From: Octopus sinensis
Lineage: Eukaryota
DNA: 64,000 nt
Assembly (NCBI RefSeq): GCF_006345805.1
Contig: NC_042998.1
Location: 10,726,001-10,790,000, forward strand
Reading direction: 5' to 3'
Shown here: piece by piece, positions 27,724 through 42,199 of the stretch
How positions within the stretch are numbered: the first letter of the stretch is position 1
Layout: each line of letters starts with the position of its first letter
Made by a program: the position numbers and the translations under genes
Notes under the pieces: model-generated
What the model was told of the DNA's origin: nothing
Seen by the model: only the letters and a program-made list of their open reading frames with translations
Database searches by the model: none

Positions 27724-27946
27724 ATGCAATCTACTCAACATTCACTCTATGTTGACTGATGATAGAGTATGGACGGATTTTTGAAGTCCAATGGTACCCT
27801 ACACACATATTTGATTATGAAGATTTGCAAACATACTTTCTCAGTGAAACTCAATATACCCACCATTATAGATAGTACCAAATGTACATTTTCAGATTTT
27901 TCATGATTTCATAATGTGATGTAATTCTTTGGTATAGCAATTGCAT

Positions 27947-28038
27947 GCGGCTGAAGAGAGCTTTAAACCATCTGTTATGTCGATTACACATTGATGTAAG
28001 AATAGGTTGTTTTATAAAGCTTGAAACACGTGTACCGC
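27947..28038 (+). ncRNA. Type I hammerhead ribozyme with canonical core
   Basis: GCGG-CUGAAGA-GAGCUUUA(~49 nt)UAAAGCUU-GAAA-CACGU-GUA-CCGC. Stem I 4 bp, stem II 8 bp, palindromic stem III ACACGUGU, GUA triplet. Confidence 0.75.
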
Positions 28039-28721
28039 GACATCCTTTGTGTTCTGTTTTTTTAATTTCATTTGATGCATATACCCTCTCACCTCTGCCG
28101 TTAGCTGGCATATACAGGTGCTTAGACTTATCAAGTATTCACCCTGAATTCATATATATATATATATGTATATAAGTGTATCTCTACAGATTTTTATAGA
28201 ATCCAGAGCCACCGCTGAAAGATATGACATTGCGTATGCGAATACGTCCCTATAAAGAGTGTGATCGAAGATAGAAAAATATGTAATGGACGTATATGCA
28301 TATTTCAGGAGTTCTTGCTCCTCCTTCAGTACCACATCCATCCCATTAATTATCCGCTAATACACTGCTTGAATAGCCACTAAGTTTTAGCGGTGTAACG
28401 CTGTTGGATAAACGTAGCACACACATGCACACACAGACACACATTTATATATGTGTGCGTGTATATTATATCCAAATGTGTGCTCATCTGCTGCATTGAA
28501 AATTTATATTGGACAAAGAGATGAATGCAAAAGTAGATGTTGGTGTAATTCCTGAAAAAATTATGCGTCCCTTAGTTTCGAAATATTTAAAACAATGCAG
28601 ACGTTGGTAGTCATACGAAACACCAAAACAGAAAAGCCATTAAACCTACCACATGTGGCGAACACCAGCGATAAAGGTGTGGTTATGTTCGAAGTCGAAC
28701 TGGCGGCCATCATAAATACAT

Positions 28722-29198
28722 GGCGCTGGCGTGGTTGTGTGGTAAGAAACTTGCTACCCAACCACATGGTTCCGGGTTCAATCCCACTGCATGACACCTT
28801 GGGCAAGTGTCTTCTACTATAGTTTCGAGCCAACCAAAGCCTTGCGAGTGGATGTGGTAGACGGAAACTGAAAAAAGTCTGCAGTATATATATATATATA
28901 TATATAATATATATGTCGTGTATGTGTATGTCTATCTGTGTGTTTGTGTGTGTGTCTGTGTGTTTGTGTGTGTGTCTGTGTGTCAGTGTTTGCCTCTCAG
29001 CACCGCTTCACACCCGGTGTTGGGGTGTTTACGTGCCCGTAACTTAGCGATTCGGTAAAAATATACCCGGTAGAATAAGTACAGGGCTTTAAAAAAAATA
29101 AATCCTGTGGTCAATTTATTCGACTAAAAACCTTTAAAGGTGGTGCCCAGCATGGCCGCAGTCTAATGACTGAAACAAGTAAATGATAAAAGATAAAA
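28722..29198 (+). mobile_element. SINE family B
   Basis: GGTTGTGTGGTAAG...GGTTCAATCCCACTG...CCTTGGGCAAGTGTCTTC...GACTGAAACAAGTAA tail. Confidence 0.85.
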
Positions 29199-29226
29199 GC
29201 TATATGTATGTATATATATATGTATG

Positions 29227-29265
<39 letters not shown>

Positions 29266-29357
29266 GTATGCATATATATATATATATGTATGCATATATA
29301 TATCTATGTATGTATGTATGTAAATATATATTGTATTTATGTATATATATATATTTG

Positions 29358-29401
<44 letters not shown>

Positions 29402-30084
29402 GTAAGTACATATATATATATAAGTACATATATGTGTAAATGCGTATACGTGGACGCGTGTGATACCTACGTGTGTGCGTGTTGTATATGTATGTATCTT
29501 ATAACTTGTCACATTTTCACCACTAACACTCTTCGGACATGGACGCTACGTATTCATAGAGTACTTATGATATTCATCTAATATAATATATAAATTACAT
29601 TCTGCTTATCAGTTTGCATGTAGTCAGACGATGAAAGTGATGTCACTCCTTTGTAAGTGAAACGATTAGTTATTTGGCCCACGCTTATATTGATTAAGTA
29701 AATAATTCCCTGTTCTTTGAAATCTAACCATTCCTCTTATTATCTTCCGCTATCTCGGCCCACAAACGATGCTTCACTTTGCTCTCTCCTTGAGTAATGT
29801 TCGTAATCTGGAGTTTGAAATTTTGTTTGATGCTCAACTTTATATCAAAAGCCATTTATTCAGTGATGGTTGCTACCCGAATTTGTTGTAATTGTCACCC
29901 ACGCGTTGTGTTTATTTTGTGTTATTTTATGAGTTGGCTGTTGCTTTTAGGAAGCATTCCCAGAATTATCTAATTATCTCCATGTATATTGCAGCCATTA
30001 CATTTTCCACATGATCTACATTCGAGGAAGACCTAAGAAACATCAACCAAATTAAAAGCATTGCATTCAATTCTAACGATATAT

Positions 30085-30148
30085 GTATGTATACTCATAT
30101 ATATACGCATACATACATACATACACACACACATATATATATATATAG

Positions 30149-30187
<39 letters not shown>

Positions 30188-30403
30188 ATATATATATATA
30201 AATACATCTATATATATACATATATACATAATATATTATACATACATATATATATGCATATATATATATATATATATATATTATACACACACACATATAA
30301 TACATATATATATACACACACACATATATATGCACACATATATATATGTACATATATATATATACACATATATATATGTATGTACATACATATATATTAT
30401 ATG

Positions 30404-30434
<31 letters not shown>

Positions 30435-30498
30435 GTTCATACATATATATATATATATATATATATGTACATACATATATATATATATATATATGTAC

Positions 30499-30531
<33 letters not shown>

Positions 30532-30570
30532 ATATACTACACACACACCACACCCACACCAAACACACAC

Positions 30571-30612
<42 letters not shown>
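30085..30612. repeat. Degenerate (TA)n/(CA)n array
   Basis: Direct inspection; it explains the poly-YI ORFs. Confidence 0.95.
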
Positions 30613-31192
30613 ATGACAAAGTGGAGTTGTAGGGTACCGCACGAGTAGAATTATATACGAAAGAAGGTTTGAAATATATATATGTATACATATTACGTAC
30701 ATATATACATCGGTACACACACACACAGCCAAACACAGACACACACGCAGATATATATACATTCAATATACATAAGTAATTGAAATTTGATGAGTCTTCC
30801 GTCAGTTTCGATGTAAATAAAGTATTCCTGTTTTTCGATCAACTGAGCTACCTACAATATGAATTATACTGTAACCGGTTGAGTATTCCAACAACATGAA
30901 TACTTTAGCGTAATGCCCAGACGGAATCATAGAAATATAGTTTGACAAAACTGACTGTAATTAGAGACAATCATTTCGACTGGCTTCCAACCAGCTTCTG
31001 TCTATCTAATGTCACCCAAAAGGCATGGATCGACCCGACACTTTGGCGAATGCACTTGTCCAAGGTGTCCTGACTGATGCAAGAATGTCCGGGTGAACTG
31101 GAAGTTAACTTAACTTTCATAAGGCGTACATAAAGATACACGTACACGCAAACATGCACAAGCGCTTATACATGTACTCATATATGTATGTA

Positions 31193-31650
31193 TTGGGTCA
31201 TCTCATAAATAATGCGAATTTTTTATACTGCTTTTATTTTTCAAAATTAAAATAATGTTCTTTTTAAATCTAAAACATACTCTCCTTCATTTTCTACAAC
31301 GCTCTTCCATCCTTTTGGTAGACTTGCAAGGCCCCTCTTCCAAAATTCACTTTCCATGACGCGAAATACTCCTCCAGTATTGTTCTGACTTCGTCTACGG
31401 AATTCATATTTTTTTCCGTCCAAATGATTTTGAAGACTGCAGACGACATAATAATCAGATGGGACGATGCTCGGCAAATATGGTGAGTGAAGCACCGTTT
31501 CCCATTCAAACTGCTCTAGCCTTTGGAATGTCATCCTCGCTGTATGTGGCCTAGCATTATCCTGATGGAAGAACACTTTTCGTCTTGAAACCAAAGATAA
31601 TCGTTTTTCTTCTAGCGCTGACTTTAACCGCTCAAGCCGTTCGCTTTAGA
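31193..31650 (-). mobile_element. Mariner (DD34D-type) transposon 3' fragment
   Basis: FHQDNARPHTAR...HSPYLPSIVPSDYY...LQNHLDGK...WKRGLASLPKGWKSVVENEGEY; terminal TA|TTGGGTCATCTCATAAATAATGCG. Confidence 0.9.
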
Positions 31651-31651
31651 T

Positions 31652-31928
31652 CTCCACGAGGCTCCGGCAGGGGGTGGTGGTGGTGACGAACCCTGCTCTA
31701 CTCATTCACCACAACTTTCTCTCACTCTTACTTCCTGTTTCTGTTGTACCTGTATTTCAAAAAGGCCAGCCTTGTCACACTCTGTGTCACGCTGGATCTC
31801 CCCGAGAACTACGTTAAGGGTACACGTGTCTGTGGAGTGCTCAGCTATTTGCACGTTAATTTCACGAGCAGGCTGTTCCGTTGATCGTATCAACTGGAAC
31901 CCTCGTCGTCGTAACCGACGGAGTGCCA
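31652..31928 (+). mobile_element. SINE family C, 5'-truncated
   Basis: CTCCACGAGGCTCCGGCAGG...GTAACCGACGGAGTGC; matches the body of 38444-38829. Confidence 0.9.
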
Positions 31929-34900
31929 CGTCATACATACATACATACATACATACATACATACACACACCACACACATATATATATATATTTCCTTTTA
32001 TTTGTTTACTTCTTCATTCAAAGAAAATTGACCATGCTTGGGTACCACTATATCACTACGTTTCTACCCTTCTCTCTCTCACTCTCTCTATATATGTATG
32101 TATGTACGTATGCAGTATATACATATATATGTCTACAGTACATGCATACATACATACATACATACATACATACATACATACATACATAGACGCACACGAA
32201 GATGCATGCATACACATATATATACGCGCGCACACATACGGATATCCTTTGAAGTAAAATATTTTTCGTCTGTGTCAATATTCTTTTTATTATCAATTGA
32301 AAACAGCAGGCCATAAGTTAATTGATGGGGCATTTAACCAGAAGTCGTTAACATTTCATTTGAGTTACGACTACTTTACTAATACAAATTGTCCTAACCT
32401 TTGAACAGAGCATTGCAGGACCATTTAGTTTAGTTTAATTAGTTGATGATAGATCCCCTAGGACTAGATTATTGTTTGACCCAAATTATTTCCAAATATA
32501 AAAGATAAGCTACATTAATGCAATGTGAACTTTTATTTATAATGCCATTACTCGGGATATTGATCTGATTATGACATTGACAGGTCATGAGATCAAACCA
32601 TGTTCACTAATCGAATTATCTTTCTATGTCATAAAAATAGTCTTATATAAAATAAAATGGATTTTTATATATTTTTCTTCCGGATGAATTTCTATACCCT
32701 GCCTTTCTTCTCCAGAACGTTGTTCTCTGGAATTTTTTCTCTGTTCAACCTTACCTGCAATATTTTTAACTTATCAGTCTCGGAGGGACTACAATGGTAA
32801 TGGCTACGATCCCTCCCACCCGATTCAGCAAGAAAAATTATAAGGTAGAAGAAATAGGGTGCAGTAATTTTTGTCTTCCTTATGAGCATTAGGAAGGCAA
32901 GGAAAGGATATGTCGTCAATTAAACTTGCATCAACACAGTTCTCGCAGAGCGCTTATCTCTTGTTCTCCAGTACTGACCTAGTCGCAACGTAAGATTATG
33001 AATGGTCAAGAGTTATAAATTTGCTTTCTTTTGGTACAATTGAACACTTAAAGGTATTTTCGACGAGATATTAAAACAGATGTGGGAATATTTTATGCAT
33101 TCTCAATCTCCAAAAACTCTATAGAACTGATGATTAACTAAAATTTCTGCAGGCTTTCAGCAAGTAAAAGCTAATATCCTTCACGTTGATGCTAAACTAT
33201 CTGTGACATTTTATCAATTAAGACCTGGTGTTCGTTGTACAGTATGGTAAACTGTAGCAGTTAAAATTAAGTATCTTATACAGAAATATAATATAATGCC
33301 TGAAGCATGCAATGAAACTATAGCACCGAAAATCCATAAAATCTTGCAATAAATATATAATGTGAATTGCATACAGAAATTAAAGATACTTCTTTTTCTC
33401 ACAGTGTATTAGAATATATTAAAGTCTTATGAGAAAAAGGGAACTATAGTTAGCCAAATCGATCAGCTCGAAAAAGATCCGAGTCGATTATTCGTAAAAG
33501 TTATCAGCATAGCAATTTGTTACCCGTAAGAACACTCACCTCTCAACTAAATTACATATCTGTAAATAGGTACCAAAGAATTCAATGGTAAACTTTTATG
33601 GAAGCACTTTTATGGTAAACTAAATCAGTTTAAAAAGAGCCATCACTGAAATCAACCAGCGTTCCGTTGATTTGCGAGGCTAACTTTAACGTTTTCTGCT
33701 GGAAATGTGTCAGACTGATTTCATTTCATTTCTTACGTAGGCCATTCACTACATAAAGACAGAACAAGCAAGAATTCTACTTGTGAGGTATGGGACAGTC
33801 AGTGAGATGATTTGGATGTTTGAAATTGTAGCTTATTTTTAAAGAACAATATTCACGTAAAGTCCAGTTTTCTCTTTTTTTTATATCTTATTTAAAATAA
33901 ACCAGTAATGATTAAAATTTAAGCAATTATCTCGATTGTAATAAAGATACTATACTTTATAATTTAAAAGAGAGGAACAATATCACATTAAAAGTCTTAT
34001 CCGAAGGATAATATAAATGATGTTCTTGCCACTAGCAAGACAATTAGTCATTATTGTTAAGCACTATATCATATCCAGAAAAAAAATTCTATGGTGAAAG
34101 GCATTCCTGACATAACCATTCCATTGTTTTTATTGACATATTGTATGAACGACTGCTTTATCCAAGGTGCACGTCCACGAGATAATTTCGATTGGGGTTT
34201 GAAGCCGCTTTGTAATTCAAACTTGCAAGCATGGTATTTGTTGGCTGATGATATTTTTCCAAACAGATTATATTAGTTTCATTTTATCAAAACAAGGAAC
34301 TACATTTAAGGGGAGGCAAAGAAAATAGGACGTTATGACTTCCATAAATTTTTAAGGTCATTAAACAGCAGTAAACATGTTCAACGAGGAACAGAACCCG
34401 CGTCGTAGTGTTTGGCATGAGAGTAATTTATTTATCATTTTGAGGCACTTGCTACTGTGATATAGATATTGGTCTTTAAGCATAGTAGAATGTCACGGAT
34501 ATTGGTAGGAGTTTATACTTGACTAAATTTGAACAATTACTCTTTAATACTTTCTTTTAACGATCAATAGAGTTGTGATGTCATACAACTTAGGGTAAGA
34601 CATAGTTGATTAAATCTACTCCACTTCTTGGCAGATACTTTGTTTTATCAATTCTGAAAGGATGGACCATGACGTCGACCTCGGTTACATATGCTCTCAG
34701 AACGTGAAAAGAAGTAGCTAAATACAGCTCAATATTTTGTACGTCGCTTTACCCATTCAGGTAAATTACTGGCCTTAGGACAGGAAATATATGGGTTGAT
34801 TGAATTATTGAGTAGTTGACGTCAAGTATACTCGTGGGAAAGTCTTCACCATTACGAAATTCACTTCCTCATTTTTGAATCGAATAAAGGAAATCGCTCA

Positions 34901-35599
34901 TTGATAAATTCCACTGATTTCAAGACGTGACATAAAAAAGAAGACATACAGATATTTGATAAATCTCTCACAAGAAAATATTTATGAAACATATATGGAA
35001 GCAAATCTGAAAACATATATAGTCTTCCTGTCTAGTTATTTTGAGATACAAGTCAATTAGTTTCTTTAATGAAGGAACTTTGATAAAGAAACATCAGCGA
35101 TTACAATTTAAGATTTATCATTATGGATTTGAGGTCATTATCAGACTTGATTGAAGTAGAGTTACATGGTCTTTCATCTGGTGGTAACAACTATACAGTG
35201 TTCTGCTTCTATATATTTGAATAAAGATTAAGGGTGAGACATATGGGTGATATATCGGTCAGCAAAATAGTGAATATTATATCTAAAAATATATTGGGTT
35301 CCAGTAAGTTAACTTGCAAAGTTATGTTGTAATTGCAGCTCTTTCTAATGATTTTCTTTTTATATGAAAACCTTATGACTATATTTGCAGTTTCTATTCA
35401 AAGCCTGCGTTCAGATGAGCCGTTAAACCCTATTCGTCTTATGCACAACATTTGAGATGATATATGGTAAGGGAAATGTCTGAGATACGCTGTTACTGAG
35501 ATATTTTTCTCATTTAAGCATATTTTACATATCTACGCTAAGTTTTAAGAATGAAGATCTACGATCGTCTTCAGATCTAATTTGTAGATGTTTTCATAA

Positions 35600-36042
35600 T
35601 ATTGGTTTCAAGTTTTGGCACAAGACCAGCAAGTTTGGAGGAGGGGGCAAGGCGATTTCATTGACCCAAGTGCTTAACTGGTATTTATATTATCGCCTCC
35701 GAGAACATAAAAGGCAAAGTCGATCTCGGTGGAATTTGAACTCAGAATGTGAAGACAGACATAATGCTACAGAGCATTTTGCTGGCATGCTAACGGTTCT
35801 GCCAGCCTACTGACAGATATATGCATATTGGTTTCAAATTTTGGTACAAGGCTAGCAATTTCGGGGAAGTGGGTAAGTCAGTTACATCGACCCCCAATGC
35901 TCAGCTAGTATTTATTTTATCGACTACGAAAGGAAGAAAGGCATAGTCGACGTCTGTGGAATGTGAACTGAAAACGTAAAGACAGCTCAGTGCTGCTAAG
36001 CACTTTTTCCGGCGCGGGAACAATTATGCTAGCTCGCTGCTT
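35600..36042 (-). mobile_element. Two tandem degenerate SINE family A variants
   Basis: Each begins ATATTGGTTTCAA.TTTTGG.ACAAG and contains GTCGA..TC.GTGGAAT.TGAACT. Confidence 0.65.
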
Positions 36043-36078
36043 TTCATAATGTGCACATAATATTAGAGTTATATGTAA

Positions 36079-36473
36079 CTAGTAGTATCGCCCGGCGTTG
36101 CTCGGGTTTGTAAGGGAAATAACTATATAAGCATTTTTAGAGATGTAAAGTATAATAGCCATCTCAATATGGCTAACCACAAAGTGGGGTGTTACTGTAG
36201 CTTTTTACGTTCTGAGATTTAATAATACATTTTTAGAGAGTTACTTCCCTTATATAATAGTAAGAAAAATGCATTAAAAATGGGGAAAAAATTATGGTAA
36301 TTTTTTTAAAATCGTAGACTCATCGTAGACGCGCGCTAATACCCAGACGGGCTCGATATGAATCACGACTATAAGATACCCGGTTTTGGTTAAACTGCAC
36401 CGCAAAATGTGGGAGTAGTTAGGAATCTAAATCGTAGGAGACAGACACACAACTTCACTTTTATATATAAAGA
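36079..36473 (-). mobile_element. Non-autonomous Helitron
   Basis: On the minus strand: A|TC start, subterminal hairpin CCCGAGCAACGCCGGG, CTAG|T end; second copy at 61016-61411. Confidence 0.85.
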
Positions 36474-36693
36474 TATCCTTTGTTTAGGAATGAATGTATC
36501 TAATTCAAATCTAGTTAGGTACTATTTAAATAGCGAGTATCAGAAATATCTAACGTTGATTGGAGATGAAACCAATTGAAACGTAATGATGTAAATTTTC
36601 ATTTTTTGTTATTCCTAGCTAAACAGTATTAATCTTATCAACTATTCAGTTTCCTGATCTTATCTTTAGATGAGGTTCAGAATCCAAATAATA

Positions 36694-36915
36694 TGTTTCT
36701 TTACTACCCACAAGGGTCTAAACATAGAGGGAACAAACAAGGACAGACAGACGGATTATGTCGATTACAGTGCGTAACTTATACTTAATTTATCGACCTC
36801 GAAAGGATGAAAGGCAAAGTCGACCTCGGCGGAATTTGAACTCAGAACGCAACGGCAGACGAAATACGGCTACGTATTTCGCCCGGCGTGCTAACGATTC
36901 TGCCAGCTCGCCGCC
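36694..36915 (-). mobile_element. SINE family A with TSD
   Basis: Full head and body; AATCCAAATAATA at 36681-36693 and 36925-36937. Confidence 0.9.
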
Positions 36916-37689
36916 ATATAAACAAATCCAAATAATAGTTGTAAAATATGTTACCTGTTAAACCGGAGCCATGATTACTTTCCGATTTCAATTCTGGTGA
37001 AGCCATTCCATTTACGTTACTACGAATTTTTTTTAAAAAAAGCTTAATTTGCTTTTGAGAAACTCAAAAACTTGTGCATAAAAATAAATTAGTAACTATG
37101 ATAATACTTAAAGCTGTGATATTTACAACGTTCTTTTAAGTTTCAAGTTCAAATCACTCTAGAATAATCTTTTCTTTGTATGCACTTGGGGCAGATATCA
37201 TAACTTCAAGTCATATCCTGAAGCACAGTATACTAATCAGTAATATACTAACTAATAATATACCAACCAGTAATATACTAAATAATGATATACTAATCAG
37301 CAATATATTATGTATTGCACTGAATTGGAAAAGTCATTAGGGCGTTGGATAATATGTCTAATGGCATTTGTGCCAGTTCAGTCCTGCTTAGGTCAGCTTT
37401 GCCATTCATCATATCGAGGTCGATAAATAAAGTATCAGTCAAGCGTAACAGATTGACGGAATGATATTTCACAACATAAAATATCTTGTGGCATCTCTTT
37501 CTGCGTTGTGCATTTGGAGCTCAGTTCCGATCTCTTATCGTCGGAAATATAAGAGATCCTTTGAGACCTCGCTTAAAAATAGAGATACGATTGAGAAGTC
37601 CTTAAATAAGTTCCCAGTTATTTCAGCCGATCGTTCTCAATGGCAGTACATCAATTAACTGTAGAGAACAAAAGTGGATTTTCAAGTCA

Positions 37690-37767
<78 letters not shown>

Positions 37768-37879
37768 ACTATCTATCTATATATATATAAAAACCAGCTA
37801 TATATACATACATACATACATGCATGCATAAATACATACATGCATGCATGCATAAATACATATATTTATATGTATTGTT

Positions 37880-38340
37880 GAAATTTGCAGAAAAAACAAA
37901 AGACGAAGACAGGTGTATGAACAAGAAGAAGGTATATGAACAAGGTATATTTCGCTCGAGAAAGTGCGAAAGTCTTTTACGTTTCGAGCCTACGCTCTTC
38001 AGCAGAGAGAGGAATAAGAGAAAATAAAAACAGAGAGGATAAAAAAACTTATGGATTTAGCGACTGGTTTGAAAATAAAAAAGGTTTGACAGGAGAGGTA
38101 GAAAGAAGGGGAGATAATTAAGTATTGGTGATCTCAAGACGAAGGTGCGCGTGCGTGTGTGTATGTGAGAATGTGTATGTGTGTGGATAGGGGCTAGTGA
38201 CTTTGACGTCTGTGGGTGTGTAAGTGTGTGCGACAGTAATGTGTGTGGATGATAGTGTGTGGGTGTGCAGATAATAGTGTGTGGAAATGAATAGCAAACG
38301 AATAAATATATTAATATTAACCCCAAGTGTTCGGCCTGGC
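37880..38340 (-). mobile_element. PLE 3' tail with HHR-like motif
   Basis: CUGCUGA-A-GAGC(GUAG)GCUC-GAAA-C-GUA-AAAGAC at ~37973-38008; upstream part matches ~6940-7150. Confidence 0.7.
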
Positions 38341-38443
38341 ACAAATGTTAGAAATCAATAGTTATAATATCAGTTACTGTCGAATGGTAGGTAAATTGTC
38401 GAATTATCTTTTTTCGACTGCACAGATAAACTATTATGTAATG

Positions 38444-38829
38444 GTTGAGGCGCAATGGCCCAGTGGTTAGGGCAGCGGACTCGCGGTCATAGGATCGCGG
38501 TTTCGATTCCCAGACTGGGCATTGTGAGTGTTTATTGAGCGAAAACACCTAAAGCTCCACGAGGCTCCGGCAGGGATGGTGGTGATCCCTGCTGTACTCT
38601 TTCACCACAACTTTCTCTCACTCTTACTTCCTGTTTCTGTTGTATCTGTATTTCAAAGGGCCGGTCTTGTCACTCTCTGTGTCACGCTGAATATCCCCGA
38701 GAACTACGTTAAGGGTGCACGTGTCTGTGGAGTGCTCAGCCACTTACACGTTAATTTCACGAGCAGGTTGTTCCGTTGATTCGGATCAACCGGAACCCTC
38801 GTCGTCGTAACCGACGGAGTGCTTCAAAA
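38444..38829 (+). mobile_element. tRNA-derived SINE family C, full length
   Basis: GAGGCGCAATGGCCCAGTGGTTAGGGCAGC...GGTTTCGATTCCC head; TSD ATTATGTAATG at 38433-38443 and 38830-38840. Confidence 0.95.
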
Positions 38830-39263
38830 ATTATGTAATGACTGAAGGAATTTACGCAGGGACACCAACTCTATAAACACAATATTTAAGTTGACACTAA
38901 CATGTTAATGTAGTGAAAAAGCAAATTTTAATTAGCCAAAATTACCTTTAGATTGTATAAGAGTAAAAATTTGGTTTAATGCCTAATTCTAATACAATCT
39001 GATCAAAGGAAATGGTAAATTTTACTTGATTAAGATTTGAATTAAGTAGGCGGCGGCGAGGAAATGAAAACATTAGCTCGAGGATCAAGAACATTATTCT
39101 GCTTGTCACGACATGTGTTCGAATGTTACGCTCACAACAGGAAATGACCTCATTTTGGGATCAGCTGTTATTCTTAACTGTTGGAACCAGATAGCTAGAC
39201 AGTAAGGCAGCGAGGGATGCGGAAGGGTTAACAACCATTACTTTTGAGCAGATGGCAACAGTT

Positions 39264-39303
<40 letters not shown>

Positions 39304-39386
39304 AAGAGAAAGCATGAGAGAGACGGAGAGGATAGAAAGAGAGAAGAGAAAGAGGCAGAGAGAGAGAGAGAAGAGAGAGAGAGAGA

Positions 39387-39459
<73 letters not shown>

Positions 39460-39502
39460 AAACGCCGAGGAATTAGGCTTAATATATTGTTAGTAATGAT
39501 TT

Positions 39503-39697
39503 AGGCGGCGAGCTGGCAGAAACGTTAGCACGCCGGGCGAAATGCTTAGCGGTATTTCGTCTGCCGTTACGTTGTGAGTTCAAATTCCGCCGAGGTCGAC
39601 TCTGCCTTTCATCCTTTCGGGGTCGATAAATTAAGTACCAGTTACGCACTGGGATCGATATAATCGACTTAATCCGTTATCAGTCCTTGTTTGTCCT
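39503..39697 (+). mobile_element. SINE family A
   Basis: Near-consensus head and central domain. Confidence 0.9.
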
Positions 39698-41354
39698 ATA
39701 CTGTGCCGGGTCCTGTCGGCGGACTGGCTCTTGGATACTCATGGACGACGAGGAAAGAGAAGATTCGCATGCATAGATAACCAACAGCCTTCAAATAGTT
39801 TTGCCCAGATTTACACATACGCATGCAAATGCATAATTAACCTTAAACGACGGTGGCCCTCGAGATCTCAGCTAAGCGTCTTTCCGTTGTTCAAGAAATC
39901 TAGTGATTGCAAATCATTATAGAGATCTACAGGAATTGTCATTATGTTGCTGTGACGACTAAGGGAAGTAATGTAGGCATACCTTACACATGAAACACAA
40001 TAGCTAAGTGCAAACACAGTTAGTGTAATAAGCTTAACACTATAGAAAATAAGTTAACACCGAGACAAATTATTGACTTTCTGTCATTGGACGCGAATCT
40101 AAACTTTTTACTGATATTTCATTGAAGGTTTTAGTTTAGGAAATGATTCATCTCACCTAGCAAAATTCACTAACATTTCTGGAACAAAAGTTAATTGGTA
40201 TGGTCACCCATTGATGGATGAATAATTTTAATTAAGAGAAATCTAGTAAAAATCAAACAGAGGCAAATTTATTGCATTTGTGCATGAGATAAATAAATAA
40301 TATTTAACAATTTGCTTTTTATTGATTAATTGTGGTCGGAAAAGTAGTATATATTTATTTTATTTGTTTATTGATTGTTGAAATTAGGAAACATTTCTAA
40401 ATAAATAAATAATTAGAATGCAATTCGATTTAAACGCCAATTTAAATTAAGACACATCCTGTAAAGATAACATTAAAAAAAAACTGGCTATAACTAATAT
40501 CACACAGTCAACGAATAAATAAAACACACAACTAATACCAATAACATTCACCTACACACACTCGCACACACACATATATATATATACAGAAACATTCTCT
40601 CTTTCTCACACGTTCTCTCTCATTCACTCCCTCTATCTCTCTCTCTCACACACACACCGCACGCGCGCACGTACTCGTATATACGCATGGACAAATCACT
40701 GCTGATTTTTTTCCAAATCCCTTATCATTCTTATTCTCAGCTATTTATCTCAGTAACTTGATTACACGCTCGCCTAACGATCACTATCGATGTAACCATC
40801 TTGTCTACTATTCTGAACCACTATCATCATCATCATCACAACACCGAACAAGCTCCAAAAACCAAGGCTTCAGGCGATGCCACCACTGATGTAAGCACTA
40901 GTACTACCACCACAACTACAAACACCACTATCACCATCACCAGCTCCCCTTCTACCACCACCACCACCAACAACAACAATAGCCACAACAACAACACAAC
41001 CAATAGCAATAACCTCATCAGTGTCCTCACGATGTTGAAGACGACAATGGATTAGACGTAAGTGATGGTGAGGCTTATAGCATTTCACAGGCACTATCAT
41101 TAGTATTACAACAACTCGTACTGTTGCTACAATTGTAACTGTCACTATTACCAACACCATAGCCAACACCATTAATCGCACCATCATCAAAGCAAGAATT
41201 GCTCTGTGATTCAAGACCTGCTAGAAATAACTGAAAATATTCATGAAAACACTCTCTCCTTTCTCAATGATGGACAGTTTTAACAATGCGATCCTTGATA
41301 CACTGGGTCTGGCAGGAATTTTCACAGAAACTTAGAGATAAAGCAAAGAAGGTA

Positions 41355-41705
41355 TGTATAAAGATGAAAGAATAGTTTAGGGATGTTATACACTTAAGAA
41401 AACAGCACAGCTCCCATGACTTCAGGAAACATTTTTTCACGCTGAGAGTTGCTGAAGCATGGAACAAACTGTCGGCATCAGTTGTTAGTTGTCGGAGCAC
41501 TGCATCCTTCAAAACTTCCATGCTTCCTGAGATTCGCCAACACTACACTTGATTTTCTCCCCTCCATACACACACAAGCATGTATCTGACTCATACATTG
41601 TTCGCTTTCCAAACATTTCTACATTACTGCATGTACTTTATATGCACTTTCTGACAAGTTGTGGTGCACCTGAGCACTGTATACAATAATTTCATTATAT
41701 TATTA
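41355..41705 (+). mobile_element. CR1-group LINE 3' end
   Basis: RKQHSSHDFRKHFFTLRVAEAWNKLSASVV...FKTS, then 3' UTR and a TAT-repeat tail. Confidence 0.75.
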
Positions 41706-42199
41706 TTTTAATACACTTAATAATGTATATAAGAATAGTCATATAATACACAAAATTCTTGAACAGAAAATACACAAGAAATAAAGTATGAGATTATCTA
41801 AAACGTATATACAAACGTATATACACACGAAATATAATTTAGAGTCACCCACGCACAAAAGAATGGGAAACCTTCGGTTTAGGTTGAGTTATCACGCCCA
41901 CGCCTTTTCCTCCCGATCATGATTTATACTGGTGACTGGTACACCTAAATATTCTGTCAATAGATTCTACGTGGGATGAGACAAGAAACCACCGACATCC
42001 TCTCGTTATGTCCGCTTCAGCAAATGATGAAATTGTGTCTTTGTTTACTGAAAGTCTGTTCGCTGAAGTTCAGCTGTATTTCAATATTTGGTATACTGTG
42101 ATTAACACATCAAGATAATATCCACCGCATTCAATCTCTCCTATTTAAGAGACACTAGTTCATCTTTCGAAGGACTGTGAATCTCACGTTGTCTGCAGC

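Larger units (their letters stand above)
27591..28082. mobile_element. Fold-back element with ~140 bp inverted arms, each carrying an HHR
   Basis: Arms 27591-27730 and 27940-28082 are near-perfect reverse complements around a ~210 bp spacer; (TA)n on the left. Confidence 0.9.

Noticed and set aside
32330-35600. Host exons in the AT-rich unique stretches (also ~43900-44900, 51550-52500, 55050-56450)
   Set aside because: Only short ORFs without recognisable motifs; they cannot be supported without RNA data.
38444-38530. tRNA gene call for SINE heads (also 8657, 15165, 39503, 54801, 62024)
   Set aside because: The A/B-box-like heads continue into multi-copy SINE bodies, several with TSDs, so they are not standalone tRNAs.
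40801-41214. Thr/Asn/His-rich ORF as a host exon
   Set aside because: It is a degenerate CAC/AAC/CAT triplet tract with no domain or convincing splice evidence.
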